Positions 29,960 to 40,131 of a stretch of DNA of 64,000 nt are shown piece by piece. This stretch comes from Candidatus Poribacteria bacterium. Lineage in GTDB: Bacteria; Poribacteria; WGA-4E; WGA-3G. The position numbers and the translations under genes were made by a program. The notes beneath the pieces were generated by a model. It was not told where the DNA came from. It was given only the letters and a program-made list of their open reading frames with translations, and did not search any database. The stretch covers positions 32,001 to 96,000 of the forward strand of contig CAXXUA010000013.1 of NCBI GenBank assembly GCA_963663765.2, read 5' to 3'. Position 1 is the stretch's first letter. The number at the start of each line of letters is the position of its first letter.

Positions 29960-32716
29960 ATGAAAAATCAGCTTTTTAAGAGGAAAGTTTTATGTTCCTT
30001 TATGGCTGTTGTAATGTTATTTGGTTTGACAGCATTGAGTTACGGTGCAGCTAACGTTTCAGTTGATCCTGCTACGGTTGAATCTCCTGCTGTCGGCGAA
30101 CAGTTAACAGTGAATATCAATATTGCAGATGGTGAAGGTGTCGGGGGTTTCGAAGCTCAAATTAATTATGACAATACTGCTCTAAAATATGTTTCCGCAG
30201 CAAAGGGAGACTATATTCCCGGCGACCCAGCCGCTGGAACTTTCTTTACACTAATACGACCAGGTGATTCACATGTTGTCATTGCAGGAACATCCATTCA
30301 AGTAGGAACTGGAGAAGGGGATGGCACACTTGCTACAGTGACATTTGAAGTCGTTGAGGTAAAAGCATCTGCTATTACACTTTCGAAAGTTTCACTCGCT
30401 GATGCTGCAGGTCAACAATTAGATGTCACAACTGCAGATGGTGCTGTGACTGTTCCTGCACCTGACCCTGTTTATGGTGTTATGTTAGAAGGTGTAGGTG
30501 AGTTGAAAACAGAAACATCTGATCCAGGTGAAGGTGTTACCTATACGCTCAAAGTCACAAACGCTGGCGATACTGATGATGTGATAGATTTAGCTGCATC
30601 AAATGCTGATGCTACTTTAAGTGAAACCTCTCTATCACTGGAATCAGGTGCTTCAGCAGAAGTAACATTAACTATTCCCGCTACAGCACTTGCTACACCA
30701 GGGGATTATGAAATCAAAGTTACCGCGACTTCACAAGGTGATAGCACAAAAACTGCTGAGGTATCAACAACTACAACTATATCAGAACCCGTTGAACCCG
30801 AACCTGACCCTGTTTATGGAGTCATGTTAGCAGGGGTAGGTGATTTGACAGCAGAAGTATCTGATACAAGTGAAGGTGTTACCTATACGATCAATGTCAC
30901 AAACGCTGGCGATACAGATGATGTGATAGATTTAGCTGCATCAAATGCTGATGCTACTTTAAGTGAGACCTCTGTATCACTGGAATCAGGTGCTTTAGTA
31001 GAAGTAACATTAACTATTCCCGCTACAGCACTTGCTACACCAGGAGATCATGAAGTCAAAGTTACTGCGACTTCACAAGGCGATAATACAAAAACTGCTG
31101 AAGTCACTACAACTACAACTGTGAGCACTGAACCCGTTGCCCCCGAACCACAAGTGTTCAGTATTACTCTTACCAACCTAACTACCGGCGATCCAGGTGT
31201 TGGTGGACAAATCTTCTCACCGCCAATCTTCGCAGCACATCCTGCTGGTGTCAAAATCTATGAAGTCGGTAAAAAAGCTGAACCTTACATGGTTGCACTC
31301 GCTGAAGGTGGAGATGTCACAGGACTTGCCGCACTTGCAACCGTTGCCGGCGCAAACAGTGTTATCGCAGACGGAATGGTACATCCAGGTGCATCTGTTA
31401 CAGTCATGGTTTCTGCTGATGCAATAAATTCAGCTCTCTCTCTCACAACAATGTTAGTATCTACAAACGATGCATTTATCGGTGTTGCAGACTTACCACT
31501 CTACGATGAAGCTGGTATGCCAATCACAACAACACTTGATCTAAGATCTTATGATGCAGGTAGTGAACAGAATACGGAACGTGGAACAGATATTCCAGGA
31601 CCCGTTGGTCTGTCTGCAGAAGAAGACCCTGAAGGTACAAATGCTCGTGTTCCCACTGAAGGTGGCGTTATTACAAATCATCCCGGTATCATGGGTGTCG
31701 GTGATGTCGCTGACTCCTTTGCTTGGACAGAACCAACAGCAATGCTGACCATCGCTCCTTATGTGCCAGAACCACCAGTAATACCACCACCACCCCTACC
31801 CACTTATGATGTTACCCTTGAACCCGGTTTGAACATGATCTCTGTACCGTTGATGCCAGCAGAACCCTATTCAGCAAAAACACTTTCTGAAATGGTCGGT
31901 TCTACTGTTGTTATTAGACTCAACAGTGAAACACAAAGGTTTGAAGGTTATGTCGCAAACGAAGAAAGCCACGGTTTCTATATTGAAGGTGGAAAAGGAT
32001 ATATCGTTAATACTCCCGTTGGTGGAACGGTAACTTTCAGTGGTACTGCTTGGTCTACTGAACCCGCAGATGATGATGGGGAAGCTGCAGCACCAAGTAT
32101 CACAACAAATGGTGCATGGGCGTTTATCGTCGCAAGCGACATACAAAAAGCAGTAGACGGTTCTACATACACCATGGTCGCTAAAAACCTCCGTACTGGG
32201 GTTGTTACATCACAGCAAGTTGTTAACGAAAATGGGCATGTTAATGCTGTCTGGGCTGACCTAACTCGAAAGAGTGTTGTTCAAGCCGGTGATAAAGTTG
32301 AAATCGCACTTGTTGATGAAAACGATACAATTGTCTCTGGACCATTCCAGCGCACCGTACAAACCTCAGATATTCACAACGCATATCTAAGCATAAACAT
32401 GCGTGTTGGCGATGTCCGTCCGAAAGAGACTATGCTCGGACAAAACTTCCCAAATCCGTTCAACCCTGAAACTTGGATTCCTTATCAGTTACATCAAGAT
32501 GCTAACGTTAAGATTTCCATTTTTGATATATCAGGTAATACAGTCAGAACGCTGAACCTCGGTCAAAAGACTACTGGTTCATACATGACCAATTCAACTG
32601 CAGCCTATTGGGATGGCAAAAATGAAACGGGTGAACACGTTGCAAGCGGTGTATATTTCTATGCACTACAAGCATCTAATTTCACTGCAACCCGTCGCAT
32701 GGTCATTCTCAAGTAG
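29960..32716 (+). CDS. Secreted cohesin + 2 NEW3/Ig-like repeats + Spondin_N + FlgD-Ig/T9SS-like CTD protein
   Basis: Cohesin: VGEQLTVNINI..INYDNTALKYV..GDGTLATVTFEV. Spondin_N: GQIFSPPIFAAH..ALAEGGD..MLVSTNDAF..YDAGSEQN. CTD: LGQNFPNPFNPETWIPY..WDGKN..GVYFY. Confidence 0.8.
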   Translation: MKNQLFKRKVLCSFMAVVMLFGLTALSYGAANVSVDPATVESPAVGEQLTVNINIADGEGVGGFEAQINYDNTALKYVSAAKGDYIPGDPAAGTFFTLIRPGDSHVVIAGTSIQVGTGEGDGTLATVTFEVVEVKASAITLSKVSLADAAGQQLDVTTADGAVTVPAPDPVYGVMLEGVGELKTETSDPGEGVTYTLKVTNAGDTDDVIDLAASNADATLSETSLSLESGASAEVTLTIPATALATPGDYEIKVTATSQGDSTKTAEVSTTTTISEPVEPEPDPVYGVMLAGVGDLTAEVSDTSEGVTYTINVTNAGDTDDVIDLAASNADATLSETSVSLESGALVEVTLTIPATALATPGDHEVKVTATSQGDNTKTAEVTTTTTVSTEPVAPEPQVFSITLTNLTTGDPGVGGQIFSPPIFAAHPAGVKIYEVGKKAEPYMVALAEGGDVTGLAALATVAGANSVIADGMVHPGASVTVMVSADAINSALSLTTMLVSTNDAFIGVADLPLYDEAGMPITTTLDLRSYDAGSEQNTERGTDIPGPVGLSAEEDPEGTNARVPTEGGVITNHPGIMGVGDVADSFAWTEPTAMLTIAPYVPEPPVIPPPPLPTYDVTLEPGLNMISVPLMPAEPYSAKTLSEMVGSTVVIRLNSETQRFEGYVANEESHGFYIEGGKGYIVNTPVGGTVTFSGTAWSTEPADDDGEAAAPSITTNGAWAFIVASDIQKAVDGSTYTMVAKNLRTGVVTSQQVVNENGHVNAVWADLTRKSVVQAGDKVEIALVDENDTIVSGPFQRTVQTSDIHNAYLSINMRVGDVRPKETMLGQNFPNPFNPETWIPYQLHQDANVKISIFDISGNTVRTLNLGQKTTGSYMTNSTAAYWDGKNETGEHVASGVYFYALQASNFTATRRMVILK

Positions 32717-32740
32717 AATACATTACCATTTTACGCAATA

Positions 32741-32812
32741 AAAAGACACCCCGACTGCCGGTTTTTCGACCGCGAATCAACAATGATTAGCGTCGGCGGT
32801 GGGGTGTCTTTT
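32741..32812. terminator. Intergenic stem-loop with U-tracts on both strands
   Basis: 12-bp stem aaaagacacccc / ggggtgtctttt. Confidence 0.65.
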
Positions 32813-32837
32813 CGCGTATACGGTAAGGAGGTAAAAT

Positions 32838-35800
32838 TTGATTAATCTCAGTAGAATATCCACTCTTTCAATTATACTACTACTCATCTTCGTTGTCAGC
32901 AACAATGTTTTCGCCTATTCTTTCAATCCACCCGATGAAAAGACCGGAGCACCAAATCAAAGTGACTGTACCGACTGTCACCTTGGAAATGTCCTAAACA
33001 GCGCTGGCGGTTCATTCGTATTGACAGTACCTACAGTCTATGTTCCCGGTGAAGAGTATAGTATTGTCGTAGATTTAATGCGGACAGGCCAAAGTCGTTG
33101 GGGTTTTCAGATGACCGCACTAAATGGTAATAATGCAAGGGCAGGTACCTTTACTACCGTTGATGCAAATACACAATTGTCAGTAGCGAACAGCAAGCAA
33201 TATATTGAGCAGACAACAGCTGGAACTGCTCAAGGAACACGAAACAGAAACCAATGGTCGTTCAAATGGACTGCACCGTCTACTGATGTCGGACCAATTA
33301 CGTTCTATTCCACAGGAAATGCTGCAAATAACAATAGTGCTTCTTCGGGAGATTATATCTATACGACATCCGCCACTGCAAATGCTGCTGCTTACGGTGT
33401 TGCAATAACCGGTGTAGGGGAAATAACCAAAAGCATATCCGATGCCAGTTCGGGAGTGAATTACACATTACGGGTGACAAACAACGGAAATATAACTGAT
33501 ACTTTCAATTTGGAAACTTCAGGTGATGTCACGGGAACACTAAGCCAAACCTCGGTCCAACTCAACGCAGGAGCTTCCGCTAACATAACTTTATCACTGC
33601 CCGGATCCGCATTAGCAACTGCAGATAATTACGGAGTAAAGGTGAAAGCAACTTCACGGGGGGATAACTCAAAGACCTCTGAAATTACAACGACGACTAC
33701 AATCCTTCCTGTCTATGATGTTGCATTAACAGGTGTCGGTAGTTTACAGAAAACGACCAATGCAGAAACCGGCGCAAGTTATACTCTCCGAATTACCAAT
33801 AATGGAAATACTGAAGACACAATACGATTAACGACTTCAGGGGATGTCAACGCAACAATCAGTTCCAGTTCTGTGACTCTCAAGCAAAATACATCCTCTA
33901 ACGTCACCCTAAGAGTTTCTGGTGATGCACTTGCAAAAGCAGGTGATTACAAAGTAAAGGTAACTGCAACATCTCAAGGTGATGATACAATAACAGATGA
34001 AATCACAACAACTACAACCATTTCTAAAGTTTATGGTTTCACATTTGAGGGTGTAGGTGAGTTAACAACCGAAACATCGGATGCAAGTGAAGGTGTAAGT
34101 TTTACACTTAAAATCACGAATACTGGGAACACAGATGATGTTATTACTTTAGCAAAAACAGGCACAAAAGCCACCTTGAGCCAAAATGAAGTATCAATCG
34201 CCTATGGTGAATCAACACAAGTGACATTGACTATTTCTGCTGATGATTTAGCAAAAGCAGGTGATTACGAAGTCAAGCTAACTGCAACTTCTAAAGGTGA
34301 CAATACAATCACTCATGAAGTCACAACTAGTACTAATATTCTACCTGTTTACAGTGTTAAGTTAGATTCAAAAGGACCGTCCGCAAACTCAACGCAGGAC
34401 AGTGTCGCAGGTGTCACCTACAACCTTACTGTTACAAACACTGGTAACACAGAGGATACGATTATTCTCGGGTCATCAGCTGAGATCAGTATAGGCGGAG
34501 CAGTACTCGGTGCGTTCAAAAGAACAGAAGAACAAGCAATACCTACCACACAGTTGGAGATTACTCTCGCAGCAGGAACATCCACAGATGTGTTGTTCAT
34601 TGCTTCAGGTGACCTGCTAACAAGAACAGGGGAGTATCCAATCACTGTTACTGCAACTTCAAAAGGGGATAACACAAAATCCGCTGAAGTCACTACGACT
34701 ACAACTATCCTACCAGTTTACAGCGTCACGTTGATATCAAAGAGTCCAAATACAGGTTCAACGCAGGACAGTGTCGCAGGTGTCACCTATAACCTTACTG
34801 TTACAAACACAGGAAACACTGAGGATACGATTATTCTCGGGTCATCAGCTGAGATCGGTATAGGTGGAGCAGTACTCGGTGTTTTCAAAAGAACAGAAGA
34901 ACAAGCAATACCTACCACACAGTTGGAGATTACTCTCGCAGCAGGAACATCCACAGATGTGTTGTTCATTGCTTCAGGTGACCTGCTAACAAGAACAGGG
35001 GAGTATCCAATCACTGTTACTGCAACTTCAAAAGGGGATAACACAAAATCCGCTGAAGTCACTACGACTACAACTATCCTACCAGTTTACAGCGTCACGT
35101 TGATATCAAAGAGTCCAAATACAGGTTCAACGCAGGACAGTGTCGCAGGTGTCACCTATAACCTTACTGTTACAAACACAGGAAACACTGAGGATACGAT
35201 TATTCTCGGGTCATCAGCTGAGATCGGTATAGGCGGAGCAGTACTCGGTGCGTTCAAAAGAACAGAAGAACAAGAAATACCTACCGCACAGTTGGAGATT
35301 ACTCTCGCAGCAGGAACATCCACTGATGTGTTGTTCATTGCTTCAGGTGACCTGCTAACAAGATCAGGGGAGTATCCAATCACTGTTACTGCAACTTCAA
35401 AAGGGGATAACACAAAATCCGCTGAAGTCACAACGACTACTACTATCCTACCTGTCTACAACGTCACGTTGAAAACTAATGGTCCAAATATAGGTTCAAC
35501 ACAGGACAGTGTATCAGGTGTCACCTATAACCTTACTGTTACAAATACTGGTAACACAGAGGATACGATTATTCTCGGGTCATCAGCTGAGATCGGTATA
35601 GGCGGAGCAGTACTCGGTGCTTTCAAAAGAACAGAAGAACAAGAAATACCTACCGCACAGTTGGAGATAACACTCGCAGCAGGAGCATCCGTTGATGTGT
35701 TGTTCATAGCTACAGGTGACCTGCTAACAAGATCAGGGGAGTATCCAATCACAGTTACCGCATCTTCAAAAGGGGATAACACAAAATCCACTGAAGTCAC

Positions 35801-38800
35801 AACGACTACAACTATCCTACCAGTTTACAGCGTCACGTTGATATCAAAGAGTCCAACTACAGGTTCAACGCAGGACAGTGTCACAGGTGTCACCTATAAC
35901 CTTACTGTTACAAATACTGGTAACACAGAGGATACGATTATTCTCGGGTCATCAGCTGAGATCGGTATAGGCGGAGCAGTACTCGGTGCTTTCAAAAGAA
36001 CAGAAGAACAAGAAATACCTACCGCACAGTTGGAGATAACACTCGCAGCAGGAGCATCCACAGATGTGTTGTTCATAGCTTCAGGTGACCTGCTAACAAG
36101 ATCAGGTAAGTATCCAATCACAGTTACTGCAACTTCAAAAGGGGATAACACAAAATCCGCTGAAGTCACAACGACTACTACTATCCTACCAGTTTACAGC
36201 GTCACGTTGATATCAAAGAGTCCAACTACAGGTTCAACGAAAGACAGTGTGACAGGTGTCACCTATAACCTTACTGTTACAAACACAGGAAACACTGAGG
36301 ATACGATTATTCTCGGGTCATCAGCTGAGATCGGTATAGGGGGAGCAGTACTCGGTGCTTTCAAAAGAACAGAAGAACAAGAAATACCTACCGCACAGTT
36401 GGAGATAACTCTCGCAGCAGGCGCATCCACTGATGTGTTGTTCATTGCTTCAGGTGACCTGCTAACAAGATCAGGGGAGTATCCAATCACAGTTACCGCG
36501 ACTTCAAAAGGGGATACAACAAAATCCGATGAAGTCACAACGACTACTATTATCCTACCTGTCTATGGTTTTACGTTGGAAGGGGTAGGTGAGTTATCAA
36601 CCGAAACAGCGGATGCAACTGAAGATGTCAGTTATACGTTCAAAATCACTAACAATGGAAACACAGAAGATGTATTTACTTTAGCAACATCAGGTACAAA
36701 AGCGATCTTGAGCCAAAATGAAATATCAATCGCCTATGGTGAATCCGCAGAAGTGACATTGACTATTTCTGCTGATGATTTAGCAAGAGCAGGTAATTTC
36801 GAAGTCAAGATAACTGCAACATCTAAAAGTGACAATACTATCACTCATGAAGTCACAACAACTACAACCGTCCTACCTGTTTACGGTGTCACGTTGAAAT
36901 CTGAAACTACAACTACAGCTTCAACGCAAGACAGTGTGGCAGGTGTCACCTATAACCTTACTGTTACAAACACAGGAAACACAGAAGATACGATTATTCT
37001 CGGGTCATCAGCTGAGGTCGGTATAGGGGGAGCAGTACTCGGTGCTTTCAAAAGAACAGAAGAACAAGAAATACCTACCGCACAGTTGGAGATAACTCTC
37101 GCAGCAGGCGCATCCACTGATGTGTTGTTTATTGCTTCAGGTGACCTGCTAACAAGAATAGGAGAGTATCCAATCACAGTTACCGCGACTTCAAAAGGGG
37201 ATAACACAAAATCCAATGAAGTCACAACGACTACTACTATCCTACCAGTCTACAGCGTCACGTTGATATCAAAGAGTCCAACTACAGGTTCAACGCAAGA
37301 CAGTGTGACAGGTGTCACCTATAACCTTACTGTTACAAACACAGGAAACACTGAGGATACGATTATTCTCGGGTCATCAGCTGAGGTCGGTATAGGGGGG
37401 GCAGTACTCGGTGCTTTCAAAAGAACAGAAGAACAAGAAATACCTACTGCGCAGTTGGAGATAACACTCGCAGCAGGCGCATCTACTGATGTGTTGTTTA
37501 TTGCTTCAGGTGACCTGCTAACAAGTCTTGGTGAGTATCCAATCACTGTTACTGCAACCTCAAAAGGAGATAGCACAAAGACTGCTGAAGTCCAGACAAC
37601 GACTATAATTGTTGCCGTCCCTCCTGTCTACGGTGTGGAATTAACAGGAAAAGGTAAACTCACAAGTTCTACAGAAGATGCAGTGGAAGGTATTTCATAT
37701 ACACTCACAGTCACAAACACTGGTAACACGCATGATACGATTGTTCTCGGGTCATCAGCTGAAACAGGAAGTAAAGGGAGTATCCTTGGTACTTTCAAAC
37801 AAACTGACGATCAAGATACTACTTCAAGCCAGTTGGAGATTGAACTCGCTGAAGATGAATCCAAGGACGTGTTATTTACTATTGCTGGCGATTCATATAC
37901 AGAATCAGGTGAGTATGAAGTCAACGTTTCCGCAATATCAAAAACCGATAGCACAAAAACCGCAGAAGTCAGTACGACAACGACTATTCTCCCTGTCTTC
38001 AATGTCACATTAGTTGGTAAAGGAGATATTACAACTGAAACCACTGAAGTAAGCAATTGGATAAGATATGTATTTACAGTAAAAAATACTGGTAACACTT
38101 CTGGTACGGTGGATCTGGTTGCTCAAGCTGAAATCCCAGTTGAAATAAGAGTACATACTGTGACAAATTTAGAAGATGGTAAGGAATTAATTCTTGTGAT
38201 TGATTATATCGCACCAAGTGTTGATACAGCAAGTAATCAAACTACTACATTTCTTAGACCCGGTGGTACAGCAGAAATTTCAATTTATGTTTTTGCTGAA
38301 AGTCTTCAAAAAGCAGGTGAGTATGATGTTAAAGTCATTGCAACACATCAAGGAGATAAGACAAAATCTGCTGAAGTCACAACCAAAACGACTATTACTC
38401 CCACCTACGGTGTAAAGTTACAGGGTAAAGACGAACTGATAGGTGAAACAATGGATCCCTTAAAAGGTGTAAGTTATGTGTTGACCGTTACAAACGAAGG
38501 TAATGCTGAAGATACTTTCTTACTCGGTTCGTCAGCAGAAGTTGGTATTGAGGGAACCGTTATCGGATTATTCACTGCATCAGATGATCAAGAAATACCC
38601 ACAAGCCAGATCGAGGTAATGCTTGCACCCGGTGCCTCTAAGGAAGTTACATTCACTGCTAAAGGTGACTTTTTCACAAAACCAGGTGAAAATGAAATCG
38701 TTGTAACAGGCACTTCAAAATCTGACGATACGAAAACTGCTGAAATAACGACTACAACAACGATTACTCCTGTCCCTTGGGATCTCAACGCTGATGGTAC

Positions 38801-38966
38801 AGTAAACATCTTGGATCTGGTACTCGTTTCCAATCAGTTTGGTGAATCCGGTGATGGTCTTTCTGGTGATGTGAACATGGATGGCACTGTGAATATCCTT
38901 GACCTTGTTCAGGTAGCGTCATATTTCGGCAAATCACATGTTGAAATTGTTCAAGAGAATCAGTAA
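32838..38966 (+). CDS. Giant secreted protein: Reeler-like (choice-of-anchor V, CxxCH) head, about 15 NEW3/Ig-like repeats, C-terminal dockerin
   Basis: TGAPNQSDCTDCH, WGFQMTA, WSFKWTAP..GPITFY..GNAAN; YNLTVTNTGN.EDT repeats; WDLNADGTVNILDLV / DVNMDGTVNILDLV. Confidence 0.85.
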   Translation: MINLSRISTLSIILLLIFVVSNNVFAYSFNPPDEKTGAPNQSDCTDCHLGNVLNSAGGSFVLTVPTVYVPGEEYSIVVDLMRTGQSRWGFQMTALNGNNARAGTFTTVDANTQLSVANSKQYIEQTTAGTAQGTRNRNQWSFKWTAPSTDVGPITFYSTGNAANNNSASSGDYIYTTSATANAAAYGVAITGVGEITKSISDASSGVNYTLRVTNNGNITDTFNLETSGDVTGTLSQTSVQLNAGASANITLSLPGSALATADNYGVKVKATSRGDNSKTSEITTTTTILPVYDVALTGVGSLQKTTNAETGASYTLRITNNGNTEDTIRLTTSGDVNATISSSSVTLKQNTSSNVTLRVSGDALAKAGDYKVKVTATSQGDDTITDEITTTTTISKVYGFTFEGVGELTTETSDASEGVSFTLKITNTGNTDDVITLAKTGTKATLSQNEVSIAYGESTQVTLTISADDLAKAGDYEVKLTATSKGDNTITHEVTTSTNILPVYSVKLDSKGPSANSTQDSVAGVTYNLTVTNTGNTEDTIILGSSAEISIGGAVLGAFKRTEEQAIPTTQLEITLAAGTSTDVLFIASGDLLTRTGEYPITVTATSKGDNTKSAEVTTTTTILPVYSVTLISKSPNTGSTQDSVAGVTYNLTVTNTGNTEDTIILGSSAEIGIGGAVLGVFKRTEEQAIPTTQLEITLAAGTSTDVLFIASGDLLTRTGEYPITVTATSKGDNTKSAEVTTTTTILPVYSVTLISKSPNTGSTQDSVAGVTYNLTVTNTGNTEDTIILGSSAEIGIGGAVLGAFKRTEEQEIPTAQLEITLAAGTSTDVLFIASGDLLTRSGEYPITVTATSKGDNTKSAEVTTTTTILPVYNVTLKTNGPNIGSTQDSVSGVTYNLTVTNTGNTEDTIILGSSAEIGIGGAVLGAFKRTEEQEIPTAQLEITLAAGASVDVLFIATGDLLTRSGEYPITVTASSKGDNTKSTEVTTTTTILPVYSVTLISKSPTTGSTQDSVTGVTYNLTVTNTGNTEDTIILGSSAEIGIGGAVLGAFKRTEEQEIPTAQLEITLAAGASTDVLFIASGDLLTRSGKYPITVTATSKGDNTKSAEVTTTTTILPVYSVTLISKSPTTGSTKDSVTGVTYNLTVTNTGNTEDTIILGSSAEIGIGGAVLGAFKRTEEQEIPTAQLEITLAAGASTDVLFIASGDLLTRSGEYPITVTATSKGDTTKSDEVTTTTIILPVYGFTLEGVGELSTETADATEDVSYTFKITNNGNTEDVFTLATSGTKAILSQNEISIAYGESAEVTLTISADDLARAGNFEVKITATSKSDNTITHEVTTTTTVLPVYGVTLKSETTTTASTQDSVAGVTYNLTVTNTGNTEDTIILGSSAEVGIGGAVLGAFKRTEEQEIPTAQLEITLAAGASTDVLFIASGDLLTRIGEYPITVTATSKGDNTKSNEVTTTTTILPVYSVTLISKSPTTGSTQDSVTGVTYNLTVTNTGNTEDTIILGSSAEVGIGGAVLGAFKRTEEQEIPTAQLEITLAAGASTDVLFIASGDLLTSLGEYPITVTATSKGDSTKTAEVQTTTIIVAVPPVYGVELTGKGKLTSSTEDAVEGISYTLTVTNTGNTHDTIVLGSSAETGSKGSILGTFKQTDDQDTTSSQLEIELAEDESKDVLFTIAGDSYTESGEYEVNVSAISKTDSTKTAEVSTTTTILPVFNVTLVGKGDITTETTEVSNWIRYVFTVKNTGNTSGTVDLVAQAEIPVEIRVHTVTNLEDGKELILVIDYIAPSVDTASNQTTTFLRPGGTAEISIYVFAESLQKAGEYDVKVIATHQGDKTKSAEVTTKTTITPTYGVKLQGKDELIGETMDPLKGVSYVLTVTNEGNAEDTFLLGSSAEVGIEGTVIGLFTASDDQEIPTSQIEVMLAPGASKEVTFTAKGDFFTKPGENEIVVTGTSKSDDTKTAEITTTTTITPVPWDLNADGTVNILDLVLVSNQFGESGDGLSGDVNMDGTVNILDLVQVASYFGKSHVEIVQENQ
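34340..37610 (+). repeat. Intragenic 369-bp (123-aa) tandem repeats: 6 copies, a different Ig unit, then 2 copies
   Basis: The antisense ORF track repeats with a 369-bp period (34418 to 36263; 36950, 37319). Confidence 0.95.
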
Positions 38967-39005
38967 GTTCAAGATAACGAACAACCGTTAGGCACGCTAA
39001 TTGGC

Positions 39006-40103
39006 GTGCCTATCCTTATGGAGAACAATATATATATGGCATCAAAATATCGTGTTGGGATTATTGGCTGTGGTGGCATCGCTAATGCACATGCACGCGG
39101 GTATCAAGGTGTTGAAGAAACTGATATTGTCGCACTCGCTGACCCCGTTCAAGCAGCACTATATAAATTCGCTGACAACTACGATGTATCAAAGGATAAC
39201 TGTTATTTAGATGCGCGCGAGATGTTAGATAACGAAAACTTGGACATCGTCAGTGTTACCACATGGCATAAACTGCATGCACCGATGACTATTGCAGCCT
39301 GCGCAAGAGCACCAAAGGCTGTTCTCTGCGAAAAACCTATGGGGGTTAGCCTCGGAGAATGTAATGAGATGTCAATCGCTGCCAACCGAAATAATGTCAA
39401 ACTTGTTATAGGACATCAACGCCGCTTTAATCCCGCATGGACTGATGCACGCAACCTCATCGCTGACGGCGCTATCGGGGAACCTCGGCAAATTGTTTGC
39501 AACGGTGGACAGGGATTATTAAATGACTGCTCACATCTATTCGATATGATGCGCTATCTACTAAATGACCCCGATCCGCAATGGGTTATCGGAAACGTTG
39601 AACGCAAAACTGAAAGGTTTGAACGAGATATACAAATTGAAGACCGTAGCGCAGGAATTGTCGGTTTTTCAAACGGATGCATCGGCATGCTGTTACAGGA
39701 AATCGGTAGACCGAATTATCAAGGGGGTATCGTCTACGGTACTGATGGAATTGCGGATGTAACAGAACGCCGCGTACGAATATTAAACAACAAAACCGCA
39801 GATTGGGAAGAACGTCCATCTGAAGGAATCGACCAACATGTCGCTCAAGCAAGGGAACTGGTTGATTGGCTTGAAGGTGGTCCAGAACACCGAGGTGAAG
39901 CAAAACACGGACGCGCAGCTGTTGAAATTATCATGGCTATCTATGAATCAGCACGAATGCACGAAGTCGTACAATTACCACTTCGTACACATGCGAACCC
40001 ACTGGACTTGATGATTGAAAGCGGTGAATTACCTGTTGTACGACCCGGTAGATACGACATCCGAGCATTCTTGTTACGCGGGGAATCCATGCAACCGGAA
40101 TAA
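39006..40103 (+). CDS. Gfo/Idh/MocA oxidoreductase
   Basis: VGIIGCGGIA, VLCEKP, GHQRRF. Likely start is MASKY. Confidence 0.9.
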   Translation: MPILMENNIYMASKYRVGIIGCGGIANAHARGYQGVEETDIVALADPVQAALYKFADNYDVSKDNCYLDAREMLDNENLDIVSVTTWHKLHAPMTIAACARAPKAVLCEKPMGVSLGECNEMSIAANRNNVKLVIGHQRRFNPAWTDARNLIADGAIGEPRQIVCNGGQGLLNDCSHLFDMMRYLLNDPDPQWVIGNVERKTERFERDIQIEDRSAGIVGFSNGCIGMLLQEIGRPNYQGGIVYGTDGIADVTERRVRILNNKTADWEERPSEGIDQHVAQARELVDWLEGGPEHRGEAKHGRAAVEIIMAIYESARMHEVVQLPLRTHANPLDLMIESGELPVVRPGRYDIRAFLLRGESMQPE

Positions 40104-40131
40104 CATACATTCAAATTGAGACTATTATAGC

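Noticed and set aside
34418-37576. Eight repeated 85-91 aa minus-strand ORFs
   Set aside because: Antisense shadows of the 369-bp repeat of the 2042-aa gene.
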